A stretch of 64,000 nt of DNA from Salpingoeca rosetta. Its lineage: Eukaryota > Protista > Choanoflagellata. The notes beneath the pieces are model-generated. The model saw nothing but the letters and a program-made list of their open reading frames with translations, had not been told where the DNA came from and did no database searches. The translations under genes and the position numbers were made by a program. The stretch is from positions 3,204,235-3,268,234 of the forward strand of contig JAWQFM010000001.1 in assembly GCA_033442325.1 (NCBI GenBank), given 5' to 3'. Shown piece after piece: positions 34,477-54,198 of this stretch (positions are counted from its first letter, which is position 1; every line of letters begins with the position of its first letter).

Positions 34477-34750
34477 ATGGCACGACCGTGCGGTTCTTTG
34501 TACGGTTCCCTTTCCTCCCTTCCTGGCGTGCGTGCGTTCAAATTGCAGTGATCAAGACAAGAAGCCTGTTCTCACCTTCGTCACCGGCAACCCCAACAAG
34601 CTTCGGGTGCGTTTGTCAATGCAACTGCAATGGTGGCCGGGCGCCGTTGCTCGATTTGTGTCGCATGCAGTACACTTTCACTCGTCCCTGTGCCGCTCGT
34701 CCCACATTGTTTGCACACCCTGTGGTCTCAGGGGGGAGTGGGGGGGGTGG

Positions 34751-34806
<56 letters not shown>

Positions 34807-36094
34807 NNNNNNNNNNNNNNNNNNNNNNNNNNNNNNNNNNNNNNNNNNNNNNNNNNNNNNNNNNNNNNNNNNNNNNNNNNNNNNNNNNNNNNNNNNNNNN
34901 NNNNNNGTGGAGCAGGAGGTGCAGCAGATTGTGGGCGATGACTTTATGTTCCAGCTGCAGAACGTGGCTGTGGATCTTCCCGAATATCAGGGCGATCCCG
35001 CACACGTCGCCGCTGAGAAGTGCAAGGCCGCTTACCAGCAGGTGCGCAATCTGATCTGCTTGTACTTGCTGAGTTGTGTAAATGATATGTATGTGTGTTG
35101 TGTTGTGTGCATGTGAGTGTGAGTGGAAGTGATTGTGTAGCTGCTGCGCGCACGTGTGTGTATGTGTGTGTGTATGTGTGTGTGTGTGTGTTTTAATGCG
35201 CGTTCCTGAATGTAAGCCTTGCTCACACCAACACTGCATGACACGGCGTGCAGGTCAAAACACCCGTCATCGTTGAAGACACCAGCCTCTGCTTCAACGC
35301 CCTTGGTGGCCTGCCCGGCGTCTACATCAAGTGCGTTCCACAGACACGTGTACACTCGCTTGCCCTGATGCACACACGTACAAGTGTGTGTATGTGTGTG
35401 CGTGAATTGCGCACGAACGCGGCAAGTGGCATGGCCTCATTTTCAGAGTGTTGACTGCTGCTGCCGCCACTGCACAGGTGGTTCTTGAAGGGCGTTGGCC
35501 ACGATGGCCTGAACAAGATGCTGGCCGGTTTTGATGACAAGACCGCATATGCACAGTGCATCTTTGCCTTCCAGCCCGGCGAGGGCGTGGAGCCCCTCCT
35601 CTTTATCGGCAGGACCGACGGCAAGGTGCTGCAGCAGTGTCACCACCACCAGCGCAGGCTCACACACAGCCACACAGCCACACAACCGCTCACAAACATC
35701 TTCCACCACTACCACCACCACCACCACCACCACCACCACCATCATCATCATCACACATAAACAATCATACAAATGCATCTCACTCCTCACACACATCGTG
35801 CATCTCGCGCACTTCACGCATCTCACACGCTCTCACCTCCCACCACAACATACCACCAACCCCCCAACCCCCACCATGCAGATTGTGCCTGCGCGCGGGC
35901 CGACCCACTTTGGCTGGGACCCCGTCTTCCAGCCCGACGGCTTTCACACCACATATGCGGAGATGGAGAGCGATGCAAAGAACGCCATCTCCCACCGCGG
36001 ACGCGCACTGGCCAAGATGGCCGAGTTCTTCAAGAGCCACGCACGGGAGGTCTCTGAGCGCATGACGCTGGAGAAGGACTGGACCACCTCCTAA
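34477..36094 (+). CDS. ITPA: Inosine triphosphate pyrophosphatase (HAM1 family)
   Basis: [61 protein letters not shown]. Confidence 0.95.
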
Positions 36095-36315
36095 ACACAC
36101 CGAAACTCCCTCTCACCAATACCACCACCATCATCATCACCGGCGCCGCCGCAACCAATGAGTGCAATGCACCATGGAGCAAAGCATGCTGTGAGTTGTT
36201 GATTGATTGATTGGTGGTGGTCGTGGTGGCGATGGCGATGGTCACGTGGGCCCATAATCACATCAGCTGACGCAGCCCGATGCAACCCCCCTCCTATTTT
36301 CTCCTTGCAATGGAT

Positions 36316-36427
<112 letters not shown>

Positions 36428-36743
36428 GTGGAACCGCTGAGTATTAAACGATGTGATGCGAGACAACTTGTGAGCGCGCAACTCACCACCTCTTGGCAAG
36501 CAATTGGCCGGTCCATTTGCATGGGGTATTGTACAATCCAAGGAACACGCCACGTGTTGCAGAGTCGATCAACGAGCAAAACAAGGGCAGAAAGAAGAGA
36601 AGAGAGAGGGTGTACAAGGAAGTAAATCCAACACAGTGCCAGGAACACATGTTCACAAGCAACGCTAAAAAGCAGGAAATAACGGCAGTTGAATGAATGG
36701 AGGTACAGAAAGTCCTCCCGTCACACCCACCCACCCACACACA

Positions 36744-36857
<114 letters not shown>

Positions 36858-36873
36858 AAAGACGCCACAGTGG

Positions 36874-37645
36874 CTATGCGGTGGTAGCAGCGGTGGTGGT
36901 GAGTGCCTCGAATTTTGCTGCAATGGAGAGCACGCGATCACGCGACGGCTCCCGTTCAACACCGGATGCTGTTGCCGAATGCTCCTGTCGTCCATTTGTC
37001 GCCACCACAGGTTTCGGTGCTGTTGCAGGCTTTGGTTTTGTTGGAGGGCCAGCGGCTGTCTTCTTGGCGGGGCTGGCTTGCTTGGTCGGCGTTCTTGTGA
37101 TGGACTTCTTGCTTCGCGACGCTGAGCCTGGTTTCCTCTTCGTTGGTGTGCGTGGCTTGCTGGATGATGATGATGATGATGATGGCGCACGTGCGCCTGT
37201 GGCTCGCGGCCTGCTTTGTTTCTGTTGCTGCTGGGAGGTCGTCGTGTCTCCTGCTCTCTTGTTCTTGTTCTTGTTCTTGTTCTGCTGCTGTTGTTGTTGT
37301 TTTGCCTTTGGGGAAGTTGACGATGCAGCCATGCGACGGAAGAGGCGTTTCTTCATCTTTGCAAGATGGCCGGAAGATACTTCCGCTGCAGAGGAAGAAG
37401 AACAACAACAGCGTCATAGGCGGGTGTGGGTGAGTGAATGGCGCCATGGCAGACCAGGCAGGGAGAAGGCGGTCATGGGTGCACGCATCACAGAACAAGA
37501 CGTGGCCAGTTTGCAACTGACGGAGCAGTGGCAGAAAGACGGCAGCAAGCATGTGCGTACGCACGCGAACACCAATCAGACACAAGCAGACAGGAAGGCA
37601 GACAGGAAGGAAGGCAGGCAGAGAGGCGCACACACACACAGAGGC

Positions 37646-37678
<33 letters not shown>

Positions 37679-37858
37679 GGCAGGCAGGCAGGCAGACAGA
37701 CAGACAGACAGACAGACACACACACACACACAGACAGACAGACAGACAGNNNNNNNNNNNNNNNNNNNNNNNNNNNNNNNNNNNNNNNNNNNNNNNNNNN
37801 NNNNNNNNNNNNNNNNNNNNNNNNNNNNNNNNNNNNNNNNNNNNNNNNNAGACAGACA

Positions 37859-37914
<56 letters not shown>

Positions 37915-39587
37915 GCTGGCGTCGATGACAGCGTCTCTGCTGGTGCCGACAACCACCTCTGCTTTCTGCTTCCGCGTTCGCTTGTGCGAGGCAGAGGATG
38001 GCTGTGTTGTGCGTCGCGTTCTGGTGGCGGTAGTGGCGCTCCGGCGTCGGCCAGCGGATGCTGGCGCCGATGTCCCGTTGGCCCGACTTGCGGGCGAGGG
38101 GCGGTTCTTCAGAACGCGTGCTGGTGTGTACGGAAACACAGCGTCGCCGCTGCTTGCATCATGGCTGGCCCTGCTTGCACGCCGAGCAATTGAGGACTTT
38201 GTCTCGCGCGGTGTCTGTGATGCGGACTGCGGGCGGCTGCTGCGTCGCGATGACGATGGGCCCTTGTTGGCGGACGCGGGCGCTGTCGTTGATGAACGGC
38301 GCCGGTTCTGGCGGTGTACGTGTTTGAGAGGACGAGGACGAGGGGAGCAGAGAGAGTTGGCGTGGGAAAAGTGACAAAGGTACAGTTCCAGACTAGGGGG
38401 AAGTACGATTACCGGGCAGACGCCGGTACACACAGGCACAGACGGACACAGGGTGAGCGCGCGCGCGCGTGCGCGTGTGTGTCAGACACAGGCCTAGACA
38501 GACACACAGGCACACAGACACACAAGACACCTGGCTGGTGGGCGTCTTGGCTGGCTGAGATGAGCGTCGCTTTGCCGCACTTGCGGGCGCCGAGGAAGTG
38601 GAAGGTGTGCGGGACGGCGGGGTGGCAGCAGTGGACTTGCGACGGGCACTAGATGGGCGCTTCCCACCGGCGCGTGCAGCAGACGCAGACGACGGTCGCT
38701 TTGGCGTTGTGGCGGCTGAGCCCGGCTTGCTCGTAGTCGATGGTCGTCGCTTCACGGGGCTCTTCCTGGCCTTTGGTCCTGTGTTGGTGCCTGATGATCC
38801 ACCCAAGGACACCTGGTGTGTGAAGGTTGGTGCGCATGTACGTCGCCGCCATGCGGTGGTTGCATGGGAGCGGGTGGTTGGAAAAGGTGGTGCACACCAC
38901 GAGGAGATGGGGAAAAGGAGAAGGTGATGTAATACATGTGAGGTCATTGATGTGAAGCAAGAACGAGGGCAGCATAAGCTTGTGAGTGCATTTGATAGAG
39001 GGGAAAGGCCAAGGCCACTACAGCAGCTTGAGCGGTGGCCGGGGACAAGGGCAGCACCTTGTCCATGGCAACAAAGACGCCGTGTCCTGGAGGACAGGAG
39101 AAGTAGCGTTCGCCGCCAGTACTTCCGTCATTCTTGCCGTCTGGTGCGTCCAGTTCGACTCCACAGAACTTGGTGGCTGGTGCGAGGAGAGGTGATGGCC
39201 ATTGTTTGTTATGGTTGGTTGGTTGGTGGCGTGCATGCTTGTGAGCAAGCAAGTGTAGAGCGCAAACATGAACAACACAGGCCAGCAGACACAAAGACAG
39301 AGGTCCGCAGATACACAGACACACACACGGACACACAGACACGGACAGACACGGACAGACACAGACAGACACATACACACACAGACACACACACACACAC
39401 ACGGACACGACAGACACAGACAGACACAGACAGACACACACGCACGCACGCACATACATACATACATCTCTACAAACGTACGCTTCTTGCTGACGCGAAG
39501 GCGGCCAAAGTATCGCAGCGTTCCGTCACCTTTGCCGTCCACAACAACGCGAGACCCGACCGCCTTGCGGAAGCGGTCCTCCTGCAT
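36874..39587 (-). CDS. CAP-Gly domain protein with long basic S/T/P/K/R-rich tail (putative microtubule-associated protein)
   Basis: VGSRVVV..GTLRYFG..|[33 protein letters not shown] (GKNDG motif); downstream exons are low-complexity and basic. Confidence 0.8.
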
Positions 39588-40254
39588 CAGGGCATAAGCA
39601 GCAGTGACAGACGACTGAGCAAAGACCTGTGCATCCACGATCGCGAAGCAGAAGACACCAAGCCAAGCTAGCAAGCCAACCATCCACTAACCAACCTGCA
39701 CCACGGTTGGCATGCTCTTGTTTTGCGGTCCTGTTGCGCAATTTAATTTGCGGCGATCCTGGTTCTGGCGTTTTGTGTTTGTGTTCTTCACTCGAAACTC
39801 CTCCAACCCCGCCTTCCTCCCACCTCCCTGCCCTTCCCGGTTCTCCTCCTTTGCCTTGGTGGGTGGACGAGAATGAAGAGTTCAATAATACGTGGGCAGC
39901 GGGCAACAAGCGGTGGCGTGGTTGCAACGCGCATGAACAACCCACAGCGTCAGCAGCACTACTATCACAAAACCAAGCAAGCGAGCAGACGAGCACGCAA
40001 GAAAAGGGGCTATGGAAAGAGGGTGGTGATTGGCGAGTGAGCAACAGGAACATGGACACACCAGACGCAGTAGTCAGTGGAAGGAGACGACTCTCAATCC
40101 TATTTCGCACCAACCAGGTGCACACCCGATGCACACCGAGCTTGAGCTACGGACGCATCAGCGCACAAAGCAACAAGAAGCGCATATAGGGCATGATATC
40201 AACAGCAGCAGCAACAGCGTAACAGCTGCACGGCAGTGATGAACAGGTAAAACT

Positions 40255-40338
<84 letters not shown>

Positions 40339-40673
40339 CGCGCAGCAGATAGGAGGGAATGCGACGTAACACATGTTGAAATGAGAATGAGAGAGAGAGA
40401 GAGAGAGCAAGGAGAGGAGATAGGAGGAGGGAGGTAAGCTGCTAACAGCGAAGAATGAGCAGGGGTCGTAGGTCAGCAAAGGCTCACTCATGTCAACCAA
40501 AGCAGGGCGAGAAAGGGTTCAAGGAGCAACAGGATTCAATGTCTAGAAGAAAGGAAGGGACCACGTTTGGGAATTGGGAACGCGTAAGGCATTTGCAGCG
40601 ATCATCAACGCCACTCTCCCACAATGCCAGCAAAACAAGCCGGGACTAAGAGGGAAGGGACAAAGGGGGGTGC

Positions 40674-40752
<79 letters not shown>

Positions 40753-40973
40753 AAGTTCAGAGAGGAAGGCGCCACGATGCATTCCTAGGGGAGAGATGTG
40801 GCACACTGGTGTGACAAGCTTTGGCCCAGCAAAGCAGAAACAAAACCACCCTTAAGACAAGGGACAAACCACCAAACAACACGAGAATACACAACAATCA
40901 AACCACACCGGCATGTATACAATGGCCAGAGCGTCGCTCTACATAGGGAATGCTGTTGCACACCACTGTGCAG

Positions 40974-41135
40974 TCAGCCAAAGATGTCATCAATCTCGTC
41001 CTGGATGCTGGACGCCGCCAAGGCATTGAGGAATGAGTGCGATGACGACGACGACGATGTGAGCGGTTCTCGTCGTCGCGTGACGCCAGTAGTGTCGCTG
41101 CCATTCGCGGTAGTAGACGAGCTTGCAGGCACGCC

Positions 41136-41177
<42 letters not shown>

Positions 41178-42992
41178 GATGATCCATGGCGGCGGCGGCG
41201 GGCGGCGTGGGTGCTGCGGCTGTGAGAGGATACCAGAGGGAAAGCGCGTGCTCTGCCGCGAAAACAGCTGGCCGTACGGGCGAAGGCCAAGGCCAGGGTG
41301 TCCCATGGACTGCTCCTGCGGTATGGTTTCGCTGAACATGGTATCCACCAGCGCCGCCTGTTCGTCCACCGGCCATTTCCCTGCGACCTGTGGGCTGTGC
41401 GTGCGCAGGGGCGAGAGCGATGTGGATACAGAGAGCGTTGGGGATGTTGGCGAAGGCTGCTGCTGGTGCCCAGAGAGGCGGCCCGTGGCAGACAGCGACC
41501 GGCATGACGAGTCCCCGATGGCGACGGCGGCGTTCGACAGGCGTGCTCGCGTGCCCCCCTCCTGTGCCCACCTGCGCGCATTGGGTGGCGGCGCAGCTGC
41601 CAGCGAGGACGAGCTTGCATCACGCTTCTGCCCGCCTTCCCTCAGCGCTGCCCGCATGGCGTCGTGCGTTCCCTGCAGCTCAGGTGATACATGTACGTCC
41701 CGGGTGGCCTGAGACGCAAATCGGCTCACGTGCGACGAAGGCTGCTGCTGCTGGGATTCTTGCTGTGAGGCTGATGGGGAGTGGCGTGCGGCTTCGTCCT
41801 CGGCAACAGACACACCAGGCACAGCATCTGGCGACTCCCTGTTGGCGTGGCTGATGCCAATGCCGGCGTCGTCTTCATCCTCCTCTTCGCGTTCATCCTC
41901 GCGCTGCAGCGCTGTGTCCACCGCGCCTTCTTCCTCCTTTGCCTCGGCTCGTTGCTCTCGTTGCTGCGCGGCACCTGCTTGCTTCTCCACTGCAGTCGTC
42001 GCCGCCGCTGGCTGCTGCTGCTGTTGTTGTTGGCGTGAGCGCGGGCGGCGCTTTGCCCTTGCCGTTGGCCGACCGGCAACACGACCATTCTCTGCGCCCC
42101 GCAACTCCGTTCGCCCGCGAGGACTCGATGGCACGGGCCGCAGCATAAACGGCTGCTGCTGTGGCTGCTGCTGCTGCTGTTGCTGCTGGCGGTGCCCGGC
42201 AAAGGGCCGCCACTGCAAGGACGATGACGGCAGGCGCGATGCAGCCTGCTGCTGGTGCTGTAGCAGTTGTTGCTGCTGCTGTTGCAGCTGCTTGTGGAAG
42301 CGCCTAAAGTCCTGGTTCTGCTGCTCCTCGGGTAGCTGCTGCTGCTCGGCGTGCAGGTGCAGAATGTCCAGGCTCGAGAGCTTCTCGTAGTTGATGGGCT
42401 GCAAGTTGCCGAGCGAGGCCGCATACGCCTGCTGCTGCATCTCCTGGTGCTGCTGCTGTTGGCGGCGCAGGCGCTGCTGCAGGGGCGTGAGGGAGGAGGC
42501 GTCGCCAGATGTAATGGACACCGATGAGGGCGAGGTCGACGATATGGAGCGCGCAGACGACATGTCCGTGTCCATCTCCGAGGCCGAGCCGCGCCGAGCA
42601 GGGCCTGCCTTGAGCAGCTGCTGGTGCAGGGTTGGCGTTGGCTGATGCGAGCCTGCGCTTGTGTCGCCGTCGCTCGTGTCGCTCTCCGCCATCATGACAG
42701 ACATGCGACGGCCTCCCGCGCTGGTTGTCGGCTCCGCTGCCGTGCTGTCCTGGCTGTCCTCGTTCTCCAGCATTGCGTGCGAGTAGCCAAGCGGCGCCAA
42801 CCACAGCGCAGGCGGTGCCGGCGGTCGCGACAGCTCCTCGTTGAACTCGTCCGTTGTGTCCGAGTCGGTGCCATCGTCGTACTGGTCCCTGCTGCTCGCA
42901 TCAACGCCGCCCATGCCACTGCTGCCCGTGGCTGCGGTGGCCAGCATGCGCATGGCCCCTTCCCTTCGCACGCGTCGACCTTGTGCATCAAA

Positions 42993-43025
<33 letters not shown>

Positions 43026-44999
43026 AGCGTCGCCATCGTCAAATGCTTCAATGCCGATGCTCGACTGTTGGTGCTGGTGCTGGTGCTGGTGGTGGTGGTG
43101 GTGCACCTGAGACCCGCCGCCGCTGTGCGACCACAGTCCGTGCCTGCAGAGGCCCAGACACACGGTTGCATGCGGGTGCGCGATTGGAGGAAGGTAAGCA
43201 GAGTGAGAACTCAGGTTGGGATGCGGTGCGGTGCAGATCAGCCGCGAGCGTGCACAGCAACATGCCAAACCCCCAAAACTGGAGCGTGGGAGCCCAATAG
43301 GCACACACAAGAGACACACAGGGACACAAAGGCACGGTGACTGCACCTTTGCTCGGCACACGACTGCGCATGCTTACCTAAACTGTTTGTGGCCCATGGT
43401 GTTGATGGCTTCGTCCGACGACCACGGCGCAAGGCCTGCGGTGCTGCGCTGGCCGTTCTTGCGTGTGCGGGCTGGCGGGAAAGAGGAGACAGTGCGCGTG
43501 CGGCGAAGACCGCGCCAGAGGGACGAGACGCCGTCCGGCCGCGAGTACTTGGGGATGCGGCGCAGCGACGTATCCTGCAACGCACAGCACAGCAGGCAAA
43601 CACGGTGTGGGTGTATGTGTATGTGTGTGTATATGTGTGTGTATATGTGTGTACGTGTATGTGTACGTGTATGTATGTGTGTATGTGTGTGTGTGTGTGT
43701 GAGGGAGTGCTCAGAAGTTGGGATCAAGGCATCGGCGAATAGACTTTGGGTGGAGAATTGGAGCATTTCCGTGAAGAGGCCCGACAGGAACGATGAACGC
43801 GTCTTCAAGTACGATAGCAAAGAAGCAACGCACCTCTCCAAGCAGTGGGGTTGTGTTGCCGACGTTGACGAGGCGGCGGAGGGGAATGCCGTCGATTCGC
43901 TCGTGAATGATAATAAAGTCAAGCAGGTCGCTCAAAAGGAAGAACTGCAGGGAAGCAGCATCAACAAGACATGCGAGGGGGAGTAGGTGAGGGTAGCTGT
44001 TGGCTGTTGGTTGATCGAGAGAGAGTGTGCGTGCATGCGTGCGGGGGTGTGCACACACGCATAAAACGCATAAGTGTGTACACATGTGCGTCAAGGTTCA
44101 TGCACACGAACAAGCAGCGTACCGTGAGTTCCGGCAGGTCCTCAAAGTAGAAGTATCCCGCATCGTTGACGGGGATGCGCTTGTGCATCACGCGGATGGC
44201 GCTCATGGACGAGATGACAAACAGCGCGTCCTGCTCCTGCGGCGACGACTTGTCCGCAAACCGAAACTGCTCCGTCGTCAGCGCAGGACATTGGCATGAT
44301 GATGAGGCAATGAATGTGTGTGTGTGTGTGTGCCTGAAGTGCAGCTGACTCTGTTCCAAGCGTCAAGCAGCCATGAATTGCATGTGCAGAACATGCGGCA
44401 CATTTGCACGCACCAAAAAATCTCCTGGTTGGCACCAGTGGCCTGAGAAGATGTGCTCGGCTTGGCTGCGGGAGCACGACAGCGGCAGTTTGAGATCAGC
44501 CTCGCGCTGTGTGGTGGTGGGGGGACAAGATGGAGCGGGGCGACGGAGAACACAAGGTGAGCTGGGCTGTGCAGATTCGGGCCTCGCGCAGGCTCAACGC
44601 CGGTGACACAGGCCTCAACACGAACACGCGTGCGTACAACTTTTCTTTTCTCTCACTTTCACGCTGGCTCTTTCACACACAGACGCGCACACCCACATGC
44701 TCTCTCTCTCTCTTTTCTTCTCGCACCAGGGCGTTGTTGTCGGCTATCCTTGGGCCAGGTGGAAGCCAGCAGCGACATGTGTTCTTAAGCGTCACATGCA
44801 CTGCACGCGGATGAAACACGAGAGCACCATTGTTGTGAGCGCTTGCGCTAGATGAAGCAGTGGCAGGCTGAGAGGAAGTGCGCGCACACACACATGCACG
44901 AGTACTTGCACAAGCACACACCTGCACACACACACGTACGTGTTAACACGCACGCAAACACATGCCAGCACATGGAGCATCCCGCACGCACTCTCTCTC

Positions 45000-45051
<52 letters not shown>

Positions 45052-47300
45052 GCCGTCGCGCTCCCACATTGGGCGAGCAAATCCTTCGCGCTGCAGCTTG
45101 AACACGAGGTCTTCGAGTGTCGCGCCATGAAGGTGGCGTGCCGAGCTGGAGTCGAGCCGGTACCCGCGCTGTGCACCAAAGTAAACAGCAAGCACGTCAT
45201 GCAGCCAAGGCTCCAGTGAGTGGAGACGACCAAGGGGGCCATGAGGGCAATGTGAAAGCACAACGCAACACACACAAGACAACAACAAAAAAAAAACATA
45301 CACACACGCAGCACACCACCAACACAAACAAACACAACATCACGCAACACACTACCTCATCGTGGATGATGGGGATGGCAGTGACGTGAAATTTGAGGCG
45401 GGGGCACTGTGAGAGCACGCTGTCTGTTGAGAAGCGACGTGTCTTGACGCTGTGACAGTCCACCCACGTCATCAGCACCTCCTGGTTCACGTGGTCAAAC
45501 TGTCGAATGATGCCCGGCCACAGCTCTGCAGGGATGAAGGGAGGTGTGCGTGTGCGCGCGCGCGCGTGCATGGGTTGTGGCGAGAAGTGAGTGAAAGCAG
45601 GCGAAGCACAATGTGAGCTGACAGCACGACAACGCAGCGGCTTACATCATCACCACCACCACCACCACCACCACCACCACCACATGCGTTAATGTGTGCA
45701 CGTACGGCCGTCATGAAAAGCGACTGCCAGCTTGTAGGCCGATCCAATGCCCGGGGCGTTGAACCAGAGCGTGTACTTGAACTTGTCTGCGTTGGCAGGT
45801 GTAGTCTTCTGCTTGCTTGGGCTGTCTCTGCAAGGCCGCAGTGTGAATGGTCGGCGATGTTAGAAGAGTAGGCTGAGATTGAGAGCGAGAGCGAGAGCGC
45901 TGAACAACTCGCAAGCAGCGCACCACAGATCAAGCAAACACGGAAGGGAAGGCGAGCACGACACACACATGTGCATGTGCAGTAGCACACGAAGGCCACC
46001 GTGCACAGCAGCAGCAGCAGCAGCAGCATTATTCACACCACATGCATGCGTGCAAACAGAACACACACGCACGCACGCACACACACAAACATACAAACAA
46101 ACAAACAAAACAAAACAGGCTTACGGTGGCGTGGCGTTGATGATGAACTCGCCAACTTCACCACCAGCTTTGAGCATGATGTGGATGGAGCGGTTTGGCA
46201 AATTCTCGGTGAGCCAGGGCGTCTTATCTTTGTTGGGGCGCCGTAGCAAACCTGCAGGCACCTTGGCCGGCTGTGCGCTGGCAAGCTTTGTCATGGCTGC
46301 CTTCATTTCCAGTGATGGCGTGCCCATGTGTGTGGTTGTGGCCGTGGCGGCAGGTGTGGTTGTGGTAGTTGCAGGGGGTGTGGTTGTCGAAGCAAATGCC
46401 AGGGACGAGCGTTGCGCTGTTGTGACCATGAACGCGAAGCTGGAGTAGGGCAGGAAAGATGATGTATGTGGTTGGAGGCTCAGCGTCGTGAAAGCGAAGA
46501 GGCGTGTGTTTGGATGTGTGCTTCAAGCTGAGTGAAGCTTGGCTGAAGCAACTCAACGGATACGCGGGAGAGGTTGGGTGATCAGCAGGTGCGGGGGTGG
46601 AGCTGGTGTGGGGGGACAAAGGCCACCCGCCCGCAGGCGGCGGCGGCGGTGGCTGCGGTGAACGGGGAGCCCTGTGCAGGCCGGAGCGCGTGAAATGAGG
46701 CGGTTCAGGGGTGCGGGCTGCTGCCGACGTTGTGTGTAGCGACAAGTTGGGGAGAGCGACTGGCGGAGCTGCTTGTCGAACATCGATTGATCGAGGGCGC
46801 AGCACACTGTTAGAAACGTGGCGGGCAGCGCCAGCAAAGGACAGCAGGAGCGTGTATGGCACCGGGAACAGAGGGGTTGTTAGTGCACACGTGAGTCGTG
46901 TGCGTATGTGCAAGAGTGCGTGCATGTGAGCATGTGAGCGGGTGAGCGTGCATGCATATGAGCGTGCGTACGGGCCTGTGCGTGCATGTGAGCGCGAGGG
47001 TATTTGTGTGCGTGCATGCACTCACTCACACACCCACACTCTCACTCACTCTGACCCAAAGCAGGGCGCACGCAAATGGGCAGGTTGACAGCGCAAAGCA
47101 TCGATCGCATGAGAGCACTCACGTGAACTGCTTGGCCTGGAACAAAACCGCGAGGGCGGGAATAGGGTGGCTGGGTGGAATGAAAAAAGGTGGCAAAGGG
47201 TCGATGGATGGTCCTTTGCCATTTGGGAGCTGGGTGCGTGCTGTGGGGTTGGGGGCCAGCAGTGATGGATGGGCAACGTCAACCGTGAGCGGTGAGCGGT
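40974..47300 (-). CDS. Multi-exon protein with two probable degenerate SH2 domains and a long disordered Q-rich C-terminus; 5' end uncertain
   Basis: PWLTENLPNRSIHIMLKAGGEVGEFIIN..GYRL..TLEDLV and LFVISS..VMHKRI..GYFYF..FFLLSDLLDF..GIPLRRLV resemble SH2 patterns; ~2.2-kb terminal exon ending at 40974. Confidence 0.55.
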
Positions 47301-47496
47301 GAGCAGCGTGTGGCGTGTGGGGTGTGGGTTGTCTTGAGGAGAAAGCGAATTGGAAGCTGGCACCACTCACAAAGATCTCAACGACCAATAGACACACATT
47401 CACACACAAGCACACTCACACAAGCACACACAAGCACACACACACACACAAGCACACACACACACACACACACACACACAAGCACACACACACACA

Positions 47497-47592
<96 letters not shown>

Positions 47593-48708
47593 AGCACACA
47601 CACACACACACAAGCACACGAACGTTGGTCACAGTCACTCACCACGGGAAGGTGCCACGAACAACACCAACGAACCGCTCGACAGTCGGGATAGGAACAG
47701 AAAACCCGCAAACAACAAAGAGAATGAAGTAGGCCAATCCAAAGAAGGGAGCGCGGCACACGCACACCCCAGATACACGCACGCAAAAGCAGGCGACCAA
47801 GACCACTCAAGAAGAAGTGTGCAGGCGGTGAGCAAGAGCAGAAGCAAAAGCAGCACAAAGGAGCAAAAAGAGAGAAGAAGAGGGAAGAAATTTTTTTTAT
47901 GGTGTGTGTGGTGGGGTGTGCGGTTTCTCAGAATCGGGCCCGAAGAGGGGAAATTTGGCTCATGGTCGAAAGTCGAAAGTGCCCTTGTTGGACAAATCGC
48001 CGTTATCTTGCATAAATCCTCGCAGACGTGCAGCAAACATGTAGCATGCAAAATGTGTTGATTGTCTGCGTGGTGGTGGTTTGCCTTGGTGTGCAACAAC
48101 CATGCAGAACGACACCCCAACCCGCCCCATATGTCCACGCATGTCATTCATCACGCCCGCCGCGTCACTGCTCTGGATGAGCGAAAGGGACTTTCTTTGC
48201 ATGTTGTTGCTCACGTACGCTCGCGAGTTGCGAGTGTTGCGGCTGTCGTCTTGTGCATGTGTGGCAAGAGACGTGTGGGGTTTGCTCAACTGTGGCGTGG
48301 AAGCGTTTACTGTTTAGAAATGCAACTCGGGCGGGTTCCAAAAAACGACACACACACACACACAACACACACACAGGGCATTGACTCATGTCAGACACAA
48401 CACACATACAGACACACGCACACTGACGGACGGGCAGCGTTGGTGACTTTGGTTGGACGACCAATAAACGCCGCACGAGCAATGGTGTGCTCCAAGTCAT
48501 GTGTAGAATCAAGGAACAGTGACGTGGCACCAGACAACATGCAGCGCGCAAAGAGCAAAACTGCACACCAAAAGCGAGCAAGCAAGCAAGCAAGCAAGCA
48601 CGGCATGTGGTGGTGTTTGCTATTTGAATTTGGTGTTGTTGGTGAGGGTGTGGTGTTTCAAATCAGCATGCAAAGATGCAGACGCCATCAATCAACGTCA
48701 ACGCAGCA

Positions 48709-53973
<5,265 letters not shown>

Positions 53974-54096
53974 CGTTCATGCGACAGCACAAACTGCCAT
54001 GTTGTGGATAATGAAAACTAATTGAAGATTTCGCTATTCTTCCAGAAACGCCGGGAAAAGTTCAAAAACGAGAAACGACAACGACAACGACCACCA

Positions 54097-54196
<100 letters not shown>

Positions 54197-54198
54197 CA

